NCBI GenBank assembly: GCA_965205865.1
Contig: CBDBHR010000030.1
Span: 128,001-192,000 of the forward strand
Reading direction: 5' to 3'
Source: a bacterium
GTDB lineage: Bacteria; SAR324; NAC60-12
DNA length: 64,000 nucleotides
Shown: positions 20,542-31,042 of the stretch, one piece after another
Numbering within the stretch: position 1 is the stretch's first letter
Layout: each line of letters starts with the position of its first letter
Notes under the pieces: model-generated
Told to the model about the DNA's origin: nothing
What the model saw: only the letters and a program-made list of their open reading frames with translations
Databases searched by the model: none
Made by a program: the position numbers and the translations under genes

Positions 20542-20664
20542 TTGATCAACTCCTTTCAAGTTACTTTAACAACTTGATGGTTAAAAATGTATGCATCGTA
20601 ATTGTGGGGGATGTGTTTTGAGCAAGTTAATCAGTTTCTCATTGAGTTTTATACATGTTGGGTC

Positions 20665-21575
20665 CTATTTCATCTCCTCATCAGCTCTCGCCAATAAAAG
20701 AATGTTTGAGGCAGTCAAGTGAAGCGCGTAGGCGGTTAAGGATTCCGGAACAGAGACTATTCCGGTTCCCTGTCCGTGCCCCGACTTTTGATTACGAATC
20801 GTGGGAACGCCAGCCTCCAACGTGCTCCTCAGACCCGTGAAATGCGACTCCATGAAGACTGGAATCAACTTGTACTGGTATACAATGTCAATCAGATACC
20901 TGGCGGAATCTTTATTACCGTATTTCCATCCTCTTTTTTTACAAATCGTTTTGAGACAACTCTCGAATGCTTTGAGGCAGTCGTTCAGGCACTCTTTATA
21001 CTTCTCGCTCGATAGTGCCCGTGCGCGCTTAAAAATTCCGTATTCGCTCCTTTGTACATCGGTGCGGAAAGCACACTCAATGCGGGCTTTATCACTTCAG
21101 AGTGGATCAACTGGGAATCCACCCTGATGATTTGGCCGGATTCGTACTGGAACCCCACGCCTTGTTCATGGAACCGGAAATTCAATTCATCAATCGCATT
21201 GTCAAATATTAGTCTATCTCTTTCTTGGAGGTTGTCATTTAGAAATTGGAATGAAAGTTCAATGACATCAATTACTTCTTCGACTTCCTTTGTTTGCAGA
21301 AAGAAGTTGGCGACTGACTCGAAGTCTGAATCATGGGGTTTGCCAAGCGTGAAGACACCGTATTCACGGCACAAGGCTTTGTGGATGAACACAAATTCGT
21401 GAGCATTGCTGTCGGGACCCCAATTGGGATTATAGTAGAGTTCCCCGAAAGCATCCTCCAAGATCTGGACAACTTGAACCCGTAATTGGTTGGGAATGGA
21501 CTCGTATTGGTACACGTCGGGAACTTCACCCCGACTTCGTTTCTGGCGTTTTGAGAAAAGGTCAGTGACCGGCAT
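20665..21575 (-). pseudogene. AbiJ-like abortive infection protein (STM4504/CBY_0614-like, C-terminal HEPN), frameshifted near 21007
   Basis: N-terminus FSKRQ...PDVYQY..IP..LRVQ. After HYR a 1-bp deletion switches frame; the other frame continues EKYKECLNDCLKAFES...TIRNQKSGHGQG (HEPN-like R..H). Restored length 303 aa. Confidence 0.75.
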
Positions 21576-21668
21576 ATTACACTCTTCCCCCGCGATTTTT
21601 ATATCGTTGTACTTGAATCTAGGTATGAAAGCCTTGACCTGTATTTATACCACTTCCCCCTCCTCATT

Positions 21669-22808
21669 TCAAGGCATTGGGGATCGGAAACGGCCGGTGC
21701 AGATTTGCTGGAACAGATTTTGAAAGAGGCAGCGCGCTTCTTTTGCATTGTATTTGAATTGCAGATCGAGATCCGCCATTCGAGTCACGATTTGTTCCAA
21801 TTCTTGCAGAGTGAAGGAGCGTGCTTGAGCCATCAAGCGTTTGCCCAGGAAGGGATGGATCTTGAGTTTGGGCAGGATCACAGAGGGGGGGAGATCTTGC
21901 TGTTGGAAGTAATGGATGCTCAATAACCTGCGAAATTGCTGGGAGACCAGGACAAACAAACCGACATGCCCCGAGGGGGTTTCCAGTAAGATTTGATCCA
22001 GTGTTTCCAGAGCCCCCACCAGATCTTTATGAGAGAGTGAGTGGGTGATGCGAAAAATAGAGAAGGACTTGGCGCCCCGCACGTGTTCGAGCAGTGTTTC
22101 CTCATTCAAGAGTAGCGCATTTTTGCGAGGATGATCCCCTTCGACAGACTGTAAAGACAACAGGGAGAGTTTTTCTAATTCCTGGTCCAGGATGTTGAGA
22201 TCAATGCCAAGCAATTCTATGAGCAATCGGGCAAGCTGTGGCGTTATCGAGATTTGTTTCTGCCGACCTCGGGCGATGATCCAGGCAATGGGTTTATCGT
22301 CGTCATAGGCCATAAATTTTTGGATACTGCCCCGGAGCTTTATGGTCTTCAGCAGAGGGGAACTGAGATCCTGCTCGCGCGTGGCCACCGCAGTCAGGAT
22401 GAAAAAACAGGAATCCGGAGGTGTGGTAAGGTACTTCAGCAGTGTATGAAACAAACGGTTGCCGGACAGCGTGGTCGGCTGAGTGATGACGGAATCCACA
22501 ACCTCGCGTTGGCGTTTCGCCGGACTGTTTTGTTTTCCCCGAGGCTGTTTCAGTTTTTCCAAATGATCCAAACGAATTATCTTGCGATCCGACAAAAAAG
22601 GCAGCGTGTCACAACTCAAGCAAAAGTCGTCCACTTTTTCATTTGCGCCTTCACTGTCGTCCTTGAGCAGTTCCGTGACGTCAAACCGTTGCAATGTGAA
22701 TTCCACATCGCGGTCCTCCAGAAGGGTCTGAATCAGCGTGGCCGCAGATTCGTCGATCTGCAATTGCTGATTGCCATAAAGCAATTGAATTGGTTTTGGA
22801 GTCGTCAT
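21669..22808 (-). CDS. holA: DNA polymerase III delta subunit
   Basis: LLYG, TLPFLSDRK.I, LDQELEKL, HPF...and DLQFK C-terminal pattern. Confidence 0.85.
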   Translation of the reverse strand: MTTPKPIQLLYGNQQLQIDESAATLIQTLLEDRDVEFTLQRFDVTELLKDDSEGANEKVDDFCLSCDTLPFLSDRKIIRLDHLEKLKQPRGKQNSPAKRQREVVDSVITQPTTLSGNRLFHTLLKYLTTPPDSCFFILTAVATREQDLSSPLLKTIKLRGSIQKFMAYDDDKPIAWIIARGRQKQISITPQLARLLIELLGIDLNILDQELEKLSLLSLQSVEGDHPRKNALLLNEETLLEHVRGAKSFSIFRITHSLSHKDLVGALETLDQILLETPSGHVGLFVLVSQQFRRLLSIHYFQQQDLPPSVILPKLKIHPFLGKRLMAQARSFTLQELEQIVTRMADLDLQFKYNAKEARCLFQNLFQQICTGRFRSPMP

Positions 22809-25120
22809 GCGGAAGGCGGAGAGGTAAAGAATTTAAAGAAGGTCTGCACCAAATTTCTCACTTCTTCTGCCGAAGAAGCTTGCAGCGCGGATTTTGCCAG
22901 TTCTTCCGCTTCGGCAAGCGTGATATAGGAGAGCCGTTCTTTGACGACTGGTATCAGGGATGCGGTCATGCTCAGATAGCGCAGACCCATGCCAATCAGA
23001 ATGATGCATCCGTCCGGATCTGATGCCATTTCTCCACACAATTCGATTGGTTTATTGTGCTTGTTGGCGCATTCGATTAAATGTTTGATGAGATTGAGCA
23101 CTGAAGGGTGCAAGGGGTCATACAAATGGGCAACACGGGGATTGTTGCGGTCCACCGCCAGCACATATTGGGTCAAGTCATTGCTACCAATCGCAAGAAA
23201 GTTGATTTCAGAAATGAAGGCTTCACACATCACCACCGCAGCCGGGACTTCAAACATCATGCCTATTGGGATGTTCGGTGTTTCGATGCCCTCCTTTTGC
23301 AACTCCTGTCTGCATTCCTGAAAAATGTCACTGGCGAACCGGATTTCGTTGAGATGACTGATCATGGGAAAGATCAAAAAAATGTTTTTTCGACCCTTGG
23401 CATCGTTTTTTCTTTGCGATGCAGCAATGAGAATGGCTTTGACCTGTCTTTTCAGCAGTTCGGGATTTTCTATCTGCTGGCGGATGGCCCGATTTCCCAT
23501 AAATGGATTTCCCTCCTGGCTCAGACCCATATAAGGCGCTGATTTGTCCGCACCTATGTCCAAAGTACGGAATACGACTGACTGATGGCTTTCCACACTT
23601 TCAATGATTTTGGAATAGACCGCCACTTGCTCTTCAACGCTGGGGTAGTGATCCAGGGACAAAAAAAAGATTTCAGAACGATACAATCCAATGCCTTCTG
23701 CTCCATAATGAGGAATCGTACTGGTTTCACTGAGCAAGCCGATATTGGCCAGGACATGAATGCGGACCCCATCGACCGTTTGACAACTTTTCTCCCGATA
23801 CTCATCCAGGTGGTTTAGATATTCCTCTTGTTGCGATAACATTTTTTGAAATTCAGTATAGACTTCTTCGCCAGGATTGTTGATCAAATAGCCATGCTCT
23901 CCGTCCACTGCCAGAATATCTCCCTCATGAATTTCTTCAATTTCTTCATCGGTGATACAAACCGCGGGAATAAAACGAGATCTTGCCAATATCGCTGCAT
24001 GAGAGGCAGCTCCACCGGCGGAAGTGACAATCCCTTTAATTGTTTCGGAGTCGAATTGCGCCACATCTCCAGGTAACAATTGTTTGCTGACCAATATTCC
24101 TTCCTGCTGGGAGAATGAGATGCGACCATATCCCAAATGACGAAGGAGCCGATATCCCATGTCCTTCAAATCGACTCCGCGTTCACGCAAATAAGGATCG
24201 TTAATGGTTTCAAATGCTCGGAAATATTCTTCAATCACTTGATATATAGCCCATGCAGCCGACGTCCCTTTTCGAATATATCGAATGATTTTATTCTGAA
24301 ATCCATGATCTTCCAAAAACATGAGATGCGCGTGGAATATAGCCGCTTCTTCCGCACCCAGATATTGAGACACTTTGTCAATGAGTTCCAGTGTTTCGGT
24401 GGTGGTCTTTTCCAGAACCCGATGGAATATCTCCAACTCTTTTTCCGAGCTGTGATCTATTGTTTTTTCCGGTTCATCCAGAGCATGCTCCTGCACCAAA
24501 ACGGCTTTTCCCAAAGCAACACCAGGCGCAACCGGCGTTCCCGTGATGCGCATACTTTTTTTACCAAGAGGTGGGATGGTTAGTGAAGATTTATCGAGAT
24601 GTTCGATCAATAAAGCTTTGGAAATGACCCCCGCAATTTGAGAGGCAATCGTCACCAATATGTGTTCTTCCTCTTGTGTAAAATCACGGCTTTCCCGGGT
24701 GTGCAGACCAATCACCCCGAAGGCTTTACGGTGTTCGATCAGGGGAACTCCCAGAAAAGAGTGATACAAATCTTCATTAGTTTGAGGAAAGTGTTTGAAA
24801 CGGGGGTGGCTTTTCATCTCGGCAACCTGGACTGGTGTAGAGGTTTCCAGAACCAGTCCAACCAGTCCTTCGGAAGGGGACATTTTGACTTGGCCGACAG
24901 CCTCCTGATTGAGACCGTGAGTTGCGCGGAGGGTTAATTTGTTTTCATTGCCATCATAAACATAAATGGTGCAAGCATCCACATTGATCCGCTCTGCAAC
25001 CATTTTTGCCGTATGAAACAATGTTTCTTCAGCATCGTGGGATGATGTGATGACATGACTGATGTCAGCCAGCGTTTGTAGAGCCGATGTCTTTTCAGTG
25101 GAGAGGAAGTCATCTCGCAT
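22805..25120 (-). CDS. ptsP: GAF-domain PEP-protein phosphotransferase EI(Ntr)
   Basis: N-terminal GAF (SFLGVPLI), SHAAILAR phospho-His, GLYRSE, RTLDIGADK, IGSNDLTQY, CGEMA; AGGAG RBS. Confidence 0.92.
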   Translation of the reverse strand: MRDDFLSTEKTSALQTLADISHVITSSHDAEETLFHTAKMVAERINVDACTIYVYDGNENKLTLRATHGLNQEAVGQVKMSPSEGLVGLVLETSTPVQVAEMKSHPRFKHFPQTNEDLYHSFLGVPLIEHRKAFGVIGLHTRESRDFTQEEEHILVTIASQIAGVISKALLIEHLDKSSLTIPPLGKKSMRITGTPVAPGVALGKAVLVQEHALDEPEKTIDHSSEKELEIFHRVLEKTTTETLELIDKVSQYLGAEEAAIFHAHLMFLEDHGFQNKIIRYIRKGTSAAWAIYQVIEEYFRAFETINDPYLRERGVDLKDMGYRLLRHLGYGRISFSQQEGILVSKQLLPGDVAQFDSETIKGIVTSAGGAASHAAILARSRFIPAVCITDEEIEEIHEGDILAVDGEHGYLINNPGEEVYTEFQKMLSQQEEYLNHLDEYREKSCQTVDGVRIHVLANIGLLSETSTIPHYGAEGIGLYRSEIFFLSLDHYPSVEEQVAVYSKIIESVESHQSVVFRTLDIGADKSAPYMGLSQEGNPFMGNRAIRQQIENPELLKRQVKAILIAASQRKNDAKGRKNIFLIFPMISHLNEIRFASDIFQECRQELQKEGIETPNIPIGMMFEVPAAVVMCEAFISEINFLAIGSNDLTQYVLAVDRNNPRVAHLYDPLHPSVLNLIKHLIECANKHNKPIELCGEMASDPDGCIILIGMGLRYLSMTASLIPVVKERLSYITLAEAEELAKSALQASSAEEVRNLVQTFFKFFTSPPSA

Positions 25121-25155
25121 TCCTCTCCTTTCCCTGCGAACTGCCTTTGCAGCAT

Positions 25156-25506
<351 letters not shown>

Positions 25507-25602
25507 TTATTTGATGGTTTTTGCCTAATCCGGCCTGACTCTCCCCACCACTCCTGAAAAGAGACCCGGAGGGACGGGGTATGAACCAAATGTTGCTTCA
25601 TC

Positions 25603-25618
25603 AGCAAAGAGCATGCCA
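25603..25618 (-). promoter_or_regulatory. Sigma54 (-24/-12) promoter of glnB
   Basis: Minus strand TGGCAT-GCTCT-TTGCT matches TGGCAC-N5-TTGCW, about 110 bp upstream of glnB. Confidence 0.8.
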
Positions 25619-25835
25619 GAGAAATTTGCTGGTGCCAGCTCTTTTATTTTCTGGGATGCAGAGCCATTATACTTTCAGCTTGTTACTCGACTTTGACGGG
25701 AATTGCTCAAAAACAGGCTTTTTTCGAGAATAAGATTAAAAAACAGACGTTCCCGGATTGGGTCTGATTACGGCTGCCTCTCCCATCCATGATTCTCTTC
25801 ACGATAACCATGGTCGCGCTTGATAGGAATATAAA

Positions 25836-26906
25836 TTATCTGGTTTTAGAGCAGTTGTAAAGTCTTATGAATCGTTTCAAGAGCTTGGTTGAGGAATAAT
25901 TTCCAATCAAGTCGAAGGATTGAAAATGACCTCCATAGGACTCTACAAGCTTTTTTTCTTCGGCAATCCGTTTTTTCTCAAAACTTCCACCTTTGATATG
26001 CAACTGAGGTTTGATTTGAGTAAGAGAGGAAAGAGGAGTCTCTCCCGAAAACGGGACGACATAGTCCACGCATCGCAAAGCAGCCAGGGCTTGCATTCTT
26101 TCCTGTTGTTTGAATATAGGACGTTGTGGTCCTTTTTGGGCCATGATTGATTGGTCATCATTGACCAGCACCAATAACACACCTCCCCATGCTTTAGCTT
26201 GCTGCAGGTAGCGCAAGTGGCCAAGATGGAGGATATCAAAGCTGCCATTGGTGGTGATCAGGAATTCCTGCAGTTCGTGTTGCTCATCGACAAACGCGGA
26301 TAGCTCTTCCGGAACGAGAATGGGCATTGGAATTGTTTCGTCCAGGTAAGGGGAGAATTCTTCAGATTGAATGATGGAAGGATAAGAAATTTGCAATTTT
26401 TCTGCGATCCTGGAAAATGCATATTCTGTGGCGTTCACTTCACCGACCGGGACTTCAATGTGTTCGACAGGTACATCATCGGAATTCCCGGAAGGAGTTT
26501 GGACAAAGGCCGTACGGCAATGCGATGTTTCCATTTGTGGAGAGGTGAATTTCAGGAACTTATCGGGTTTAAAAATCTTCAGAAAATTGTCCACGCCACC
26601 GGACAGGCATACAACGGCATCAACATGTCGAGTACCCAAAAGCATTTCTGCTCTTTCCTGGAATTGGCATAAGGGGCGATGTTTGCCATATTTGTTCTGC
26701 ATGAATGCATCCGCAAATAAACCGACAATCAAAAAATCGCATCGCGTTTTGGCAGCATGAAGCGGGATGTGATGGGCAGCTTGGAACAGATCAAACTCTC
26801 CGGTGAGGAATCCGTTGGTGCCGGAAGGGGGTTTTTTTTGCAGATGAGCCACTAAGGCGTGAGGGGTTTCAAAAAAATGTGAGAGAGACATGCTGTATAG
26901 AGACAT
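25836..26906 (-). CDS. Tandem cytidylyltransferase-like protein (RfaE/HldE domain II-like)
   Basis: C-terminal domain TNGSFDILHLGH...KGPQRPI...ERMQAL; N-terminal degenerate copy GEFDLFQAAH...GKHRPL...ERAEML. Confidence 0.8.
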   Translation of the reverse strand: MSLYSMSLSHFFETPHALVAHLQKKPPSGTNGFLTGEFDLFQAAHHIPLHAAKTRCDFLIVGLFADAFMQNKYGKHRPLCQFQERAEMLLGTRHVDAVVCLSGGVDNFLKIFKPDKFLKFTSPQMETSHCRTAFVQTPSGNSDDVPVEHIEVPVGEVNATEYAFSRIAEKLQISYPSIIQSEEFSPYLDETIPMPILVPEELSAFVDEQHELQEFLITTNGSFDILHLGHLRYLQQAKAWGGVLLVLVNDDQSIMAQKGPQRPIFKQQERMQALAALRCVDYVVPFSGETPLSSLTQIKPQLHIKGGSFEKKRIAEEKKLVESYGGHFQSFDLIGNYSSTKLLKRFIRLYNCSKTR

Positions 26907-27205
26907 TAAGAGCTTCGAAGAAATGATCCTTTCAGATGAGAAAGATCACGGATGAAAATGGCTCCTGTCATTGGGTTGTCCGAAAATAATTGTTTTTGTA
27001 TCTCTTTTATTAAAAATTTTGACATGAACGGAAAAAATTTGCCAAACAAATTGTCTGCAAGAGACAGGTAAATTATTGGCATTTGGAAATGAATTCCCTC
27101 CAAATGGCATTCATCGTTCTGTCTTTTTTCACTAAAAATGTTATACTTGGAAAAAATTTAATTCACACTGAAGGCATAGATGCTTTGCGGTTTTCATGGA
27201 ATAAA

Positions 27206-29935
27206 ATGAAAATTCATTGGATGACCTTTTTAATAGGCAGCCTGCTTTTGAGCAACTGCACTCAACACCCGAATCCTATTCCAAGTAAATCCTCACCGTC
27301 CTCCCTCTCAACCCTCGACCGACTCTCTGAAGATGAACGCTTAAAAATTGCGATCCGTATCAATCCTCAGCATTGGCTGGGATATTATCGGCTTTCGCAG
27401 CACTACCAAGAGCATCAGCAATGGGAAGAAGCATTGAAGAGCCTCTTCCAAGCTCAGGAAGCGACGATTGCGCTCAGCCGTCCGCCTTCAAAAGTGATAT
27501 TGCGAGAATTGGGTAATTTATATCAACTGCTAGGTCAGGATGAGAAAGCACTGGCCCATTACAATCAAGCCATTGCGCAACTTCCTGCGGTTGCTGGTGA
27601 AAATGCGGAATTGTACTTAGACCGAGGGAAATTGTTTTTGAAGCTAAAACGTTTTCCTCGAGCGGAAGCCGACTTTAATAACGCTCTTGCCCAGGATCCA
27701 AAATCTTTTGAAACCAATTTGCTACTTGCATTCTCGAAAATCCAACGGCAAGAACTGAATCAGGCTTTGGAATTTCTGGTCAAAGCTGCCGGTATCGATC
27801 CAAACTATGCGGAGGTCTGGCGCCAAATCAGTTTGATCCGGGAACGTCTGGGGGAATATACGCTTGCTGTCGAAGCCATGCGCAAAGCTGTGGAATTGAA
27901 TCCGGACAATTTTGAATTTTTGAAATCCTACGCGTTCCTCCTTGAAGAACATGGAGATACTTCCGAATTGGAGTTGGTTTTCCAAGCAATGTTGCACTTG
28001 TTTCCTGAAAATGCCTGGGTGCATGCTCATTATGGTAACTTGGCTTTTCATCTGCAGCAATATGCTCTGGGAACAAAGCGCCTCAAACAAGCTATCGAGT
28101 TACGTCACGATTATGCATGGGCTTATTTTCGTCTGGGTGCTCTTAATGCCGAGCAACAACAATGGGATCAAGCGGCTGGCTTCTTCCAGGATGGATTAAA
28201 ATATGAAGCCCATAACCTGTGGGCCCGCAAACAATTGGGATTTTCCCTTGAATGGCAGGGGAGAAGCGAAGAGGCAATTGAGCATTACCAATATGTGATT
28301 GATCAAGACGTCAGAGAAGCGAGTGATGAAGTGATTTTTCGCCGCTTGGCGCAATTATATTGGTCGGAATTGCATTTTGAACAAGCCATTGAAATCCTGA
28401 AGAAAGGACGTCAGGATTTCCCCGAAAATCGTGAGTTGTCTTTGCAGTTGGCTCGTTTTTATGAAGCACTTCAACAGTTGGAACAAGCCAAAGAAATCTA
28501 TCTCGATATGATGGAGCATTTTTCCGACAACAGTGAATTATTGTCTCATTTGGGGTTTCTGGAAGAACAACTGGGCAATCTCAAACAAAGCGAGTTTTAT
28601 TATAAGAAAGCCTTGCGTATGGATCCGCAAATGTCAACGGTGCGACAGCAATTGATTCGATTGCAACTGCGTAGCGAAGAACGATCAGAAGCAGAACCAG
28701 AATTGCAGCGCTTTCTCAAAAACAACCCTACAGCCGAATGGGGCTATGCGCAATTGAGTTTGTTGAAATTACAGCAAAAAAAAGAAAAAGAATCGTTGAA
28801 GATCCTGAAAACCGGCCTGTTTCACAATCCTCAGTCTTCCCGGCTTTATGAAATTTTAGGCTTGACCTATGAGAAGCTCGGGGAATGGGGACAAGCCCTT
28901 GCCGCCTTCGAAAAGACCACGCGCCTCTCATCAGATTCTGCTTTTTTGTCGGCGCACCGGGGAGTGGTCTTGAGTGAACTTTCCCAGCAGCAGCAAGCCC
29001 GTAAAGCCCTTTTGAATGCCTTACTTCATTCAGATATGGAACTATCGACTTTCTACCACTACATGCTCCTTGAAAACACGAATTCTCAGCAAAAGTGGTT
29101 TGGCGCGGCACTTGATGAAATCCGTCCAGTGCTCAAGCAAATCCTTTTGCATCAAAACCGGGACCTTTTGCCCGTTATTGCATCAGCCCCTTTGGATCCA
29201 ACAACGGAGGAAATACTGAAAATTGTATGGCAATTGACAATGGGACAACGCAGGGAGGCAATGAAGCATGTAGAAACCCTTCTCGAAGAGTTAGATGAGT
29301 CTGAAAACTTGCCGCCTTGGGCTTTGTTTCAAATCGGCTACGTCTATGAACTCGATGACAATTATCGAGACGCAGAAAATTATTACCTGAGGGTGCAGCA
29401 GCAGATCCCGGAGTTTTCCTGGATACAAACCCGTTTGGCAAGAATTTTTGAAAAACAAGGCAATTTTGAGAAGAGCGTTGCTCATTATGCGGATTTTGTC
29501 CGCCATTTCGAGGAACCACTATGGGCGCTTTCCCGCTTGGCGTTTCACCTTAGAACTATTGGTCGGGACCAGGATTCGATTCGAATCTATCAGAAAATCC
29601 TTACCTTCAGACCGCAACATGCTGAAAGTTTGAATAACTTGGCATGGATTTATTTGACAACCGGAAACTTAAAGACGAGAAAGCTGGAACAAGCTCTCAG
29701 TTATGCCAGGCAGGCAGTGAATTTGCGGCCCTCTGAAGAGTATTTGGATACTCTGGCCGAGGCTTATTTTCAGTCCGGACAAATTGACATGGCCCTTGAT
29801 ACGATCAAGGAGGCTATTTTTAAAACCAATTCTCAAACTGGACAGTTTCAATACTTGATGCAGCAATATCGACGCTTTCGCAAAGGCGATTTACAATCAT
29901 TGCCGGATACGGATGTTTTAGATATTTCTCAATAA
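27206..29935 (+). CDS. Large TPR-repeat lipoprotein
   Basis: Lipobox LLSNC after ATG 27206; many TPR repeats; C-terminal LNNLAW...LDTLAEAYF. Confidence 0.85.
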   Translation: MKIHWMTFLIGSLLLSNCTQHPNPIPSKSSPSSLSTLDRLSEDERLKIAIRINPQHWLGYYRLSQHYQEHQQWEEALKSLFQAQEATIALSRPPSKVILRELGNLYQLLGQDEKALAHYNQAIAQLPAVAGENAELYLDRGKLFLKLKRFPRAEADFNNALAQDPKSFETNLLLAFSKIQRQELNQALEFLVKAAGIDPNYAEVWRQISLIRERLGEYTLAVEAMRKAVELNPDNFEFLKSYAFLLEEHGDTSELELVFQAMLHLFPENAWVHAHYGNLAFHLQQYALGTKRLKQAIELRHDYAWAYFRLGALNAEQQQWDQAAGFFQDGLKYEAHNLWARKQLGFSLEWQGRSEEAIEHYQYVIDQDVREASDEVIFRRLAQLYWSELHFEQAIEILKKGRQDFPENRELSLQLARFYEALQQLEQAKEIYLDMMEHFSDNSELLSHLGFLEEQLGNLKQSEFYYKKALRMDPQMSTVRQQLIRLQLRSEERSEAEPELQRFLKNNPTAEWGYAQLSLLKLQQKKEKESLKILKTGLFHNPQSSRLYEILGLTYEKLGEWGQALAAFEKTTRLSSDSAFLSAHRGVVLSELSQQQQARKALLNALLHSDMELSTFYHYMLLENTNSQQKWFGAALDEIRPVLKQILLHQNRDLLPVIASAPLDPTTEEILKIVWQLTMGQRREAMKHVETLLEELDESENLPPWALFQIGYVYELDDNYRDAENYYLRVQQQIPEFSWIQTRLARIFEKQGNFEKSVAHYADFVRHFEEPLWALSRLAFHLRTIGRDQDSIRIYQKILTFRPQHAESLNNLAWIYLTTGNLKTRKLEQALSYARQAVNLRPSEEYLDTLAEAYFQSGQIDMALDTIKEAIFKTNSQTGQFQYLMQQYRRFRKGDLQSLPDTDVLDISQ

Positions 29936-29972
29936 TAGGAGCGTTTTAAAACAATATATTGCATTTCCTCTA

Positions 29973-30001
29973 TTGACACCCTCCTCATCATCGATTACCA
30001 T
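29973..30001 (+). promoter_or_regulatory. Sigma70-type promoter
   Basis: TTGACA-N17-TACCAT upstream of ORF 30034. Confidence 0.6.
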
Positions 30002-30033
30002 GAAACACTCGTAAAATGACCTGATTCACTTGC

Positions 30034-30270
30034 ATGGGCAAGCAGTCTGCTTTCAACCTTTACTTGATGAAACTCCTCATGACAGAAGCACTGTCTGAAG
30101 ACGAAATGTTTAGACGGGAAGCTTTGCGTTGGTATCACGAAACTAATACTACGCCACAACGCCTGATTGCCGAAGAAACAATTGTGGAAGTTTACAAAAA
30201 AATCAAAGAATATGCGCAAAAAGACCCTCTGTTGAGAGAATACTATCAGGCTAATCATATGAAAATGTGA
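30034..30270 (+). CDS. Small hypothetical protein
   Basis: 78-aa ORF with protein-like composition just downstream of a good promoter. Confidence 0.55.
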   Translation: MGKQSAFNLYLMKLLMTEALSEDEMFRREALRWYHETNTTPQRLIAEETIVEVYKKIKEYAQKDPLLREYYQANHMKM

Positions 30271-30342
30271 CGCAGGTCTGCAAAGTGGAAAAGTGCAAAG
30301 CCCATACGACCGATAAATTATTATCACATAAACCAACAAATC

Positions 30343-30717
30343 ATGCTACTGACACCGGAAATGGAAGAGTTATTGCCCAAATTGGGGGTTACGATCCGTA
30401 AACACTATAAAGTTCTTAAAAGAGAATTTGAACAAATTGATGAAATTGAAAATTTGAATCCTGCTTCATTGCAATGGGCTTTTGACTATATTGAAAATAT
30501 GAAACCGATTTATGTTGAAGGGAAATATCTGGCCCTTTACAAAACTATGCTCTCTTTTTTACAGCTCACCTTGGCACAAAGATTGAGCACTATTTTTTCT
30601 CAAGCGGCTTTTCGCGATTTTGTATTTTGGTCTGACAAACTTTCTCAATTTAAAGAGAGAGAAAAATGGTGGTTTTACGCAAGCAACGTGATTTCTGAAG
30701 CAGGAAAAAATGAATGA
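30343..30717 (+). CDS. Hypothetical protein
   Basis: 124-aa ORF overlapping the phhB start by 8 bp. Confidence 0.65.
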   Translation: MLLTPEMEELLPKLGVTIRKHYKVLKREFEQIDEIENLNPASLQWAFDYIENMKPIYVEGKYLALYKTMLSFLQLTLAQRLSTIFSQAAFRDFVFWSDKLSQFKEREKWWFYASNVISEAGKNE

Positions 30718-31042
30718 ATTAGCCCAAAGACGATGTGTGCCCTGCAAGGGAGGAGTGCCTCCTTTAAAAGGTGAAGCACTGATGTCGGTTCACAAAAAAT
30801 TAGAAAACGGTTGGCAGGTTATTGAGGAACATCACTTGGAGAAGGAATTTGCCTTTAAAAATTTCCGACAAGCTCTGGATTTTACCAACAAGATAGGAGA
30901 AGTCGCAGAAACGGAGGGGCATCATCCCGATATTTACCTTGCATGGGGAAAAGTCAAAGTGTTAGTCTGGACCCATAAAATCAATGGCTTGACAGAAAGC
31001 GATTTTATTTATGCTGCTAAAACCGACCAATGCTACAGTTGA
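30710..31042 (+). CDS. phhB: Pterin-4-alpha-carbinolamine dehydratase
   Basis: CVPCKGG, F.FKNF, AETEGHHPDI, WTHKINGLTESDF. Confidence 0.92.
   Translation: MNELAQRRCVPCKGGVPPLKGEALMSVHKKLENGWQVIEEHHLEKEFAFKNFRQALDFTNKIGEVAETEGHHPDIYLAWGKVKVLVWTHKINGLTESDFIYAAKTDQCYS

Noticed and set aside
14200-21670. Prophage or integrative element with att sites
   Set aside because: No integrase, phage gene, tRNA or flanking direct repeat detected by eye.
22254-22928. Long alternative-frame/antisense ORFs (this 224-aa one and many similar in the track)
   Set aside because: They overlap well-supported genes (here holA/ptsP) and show no motifs.
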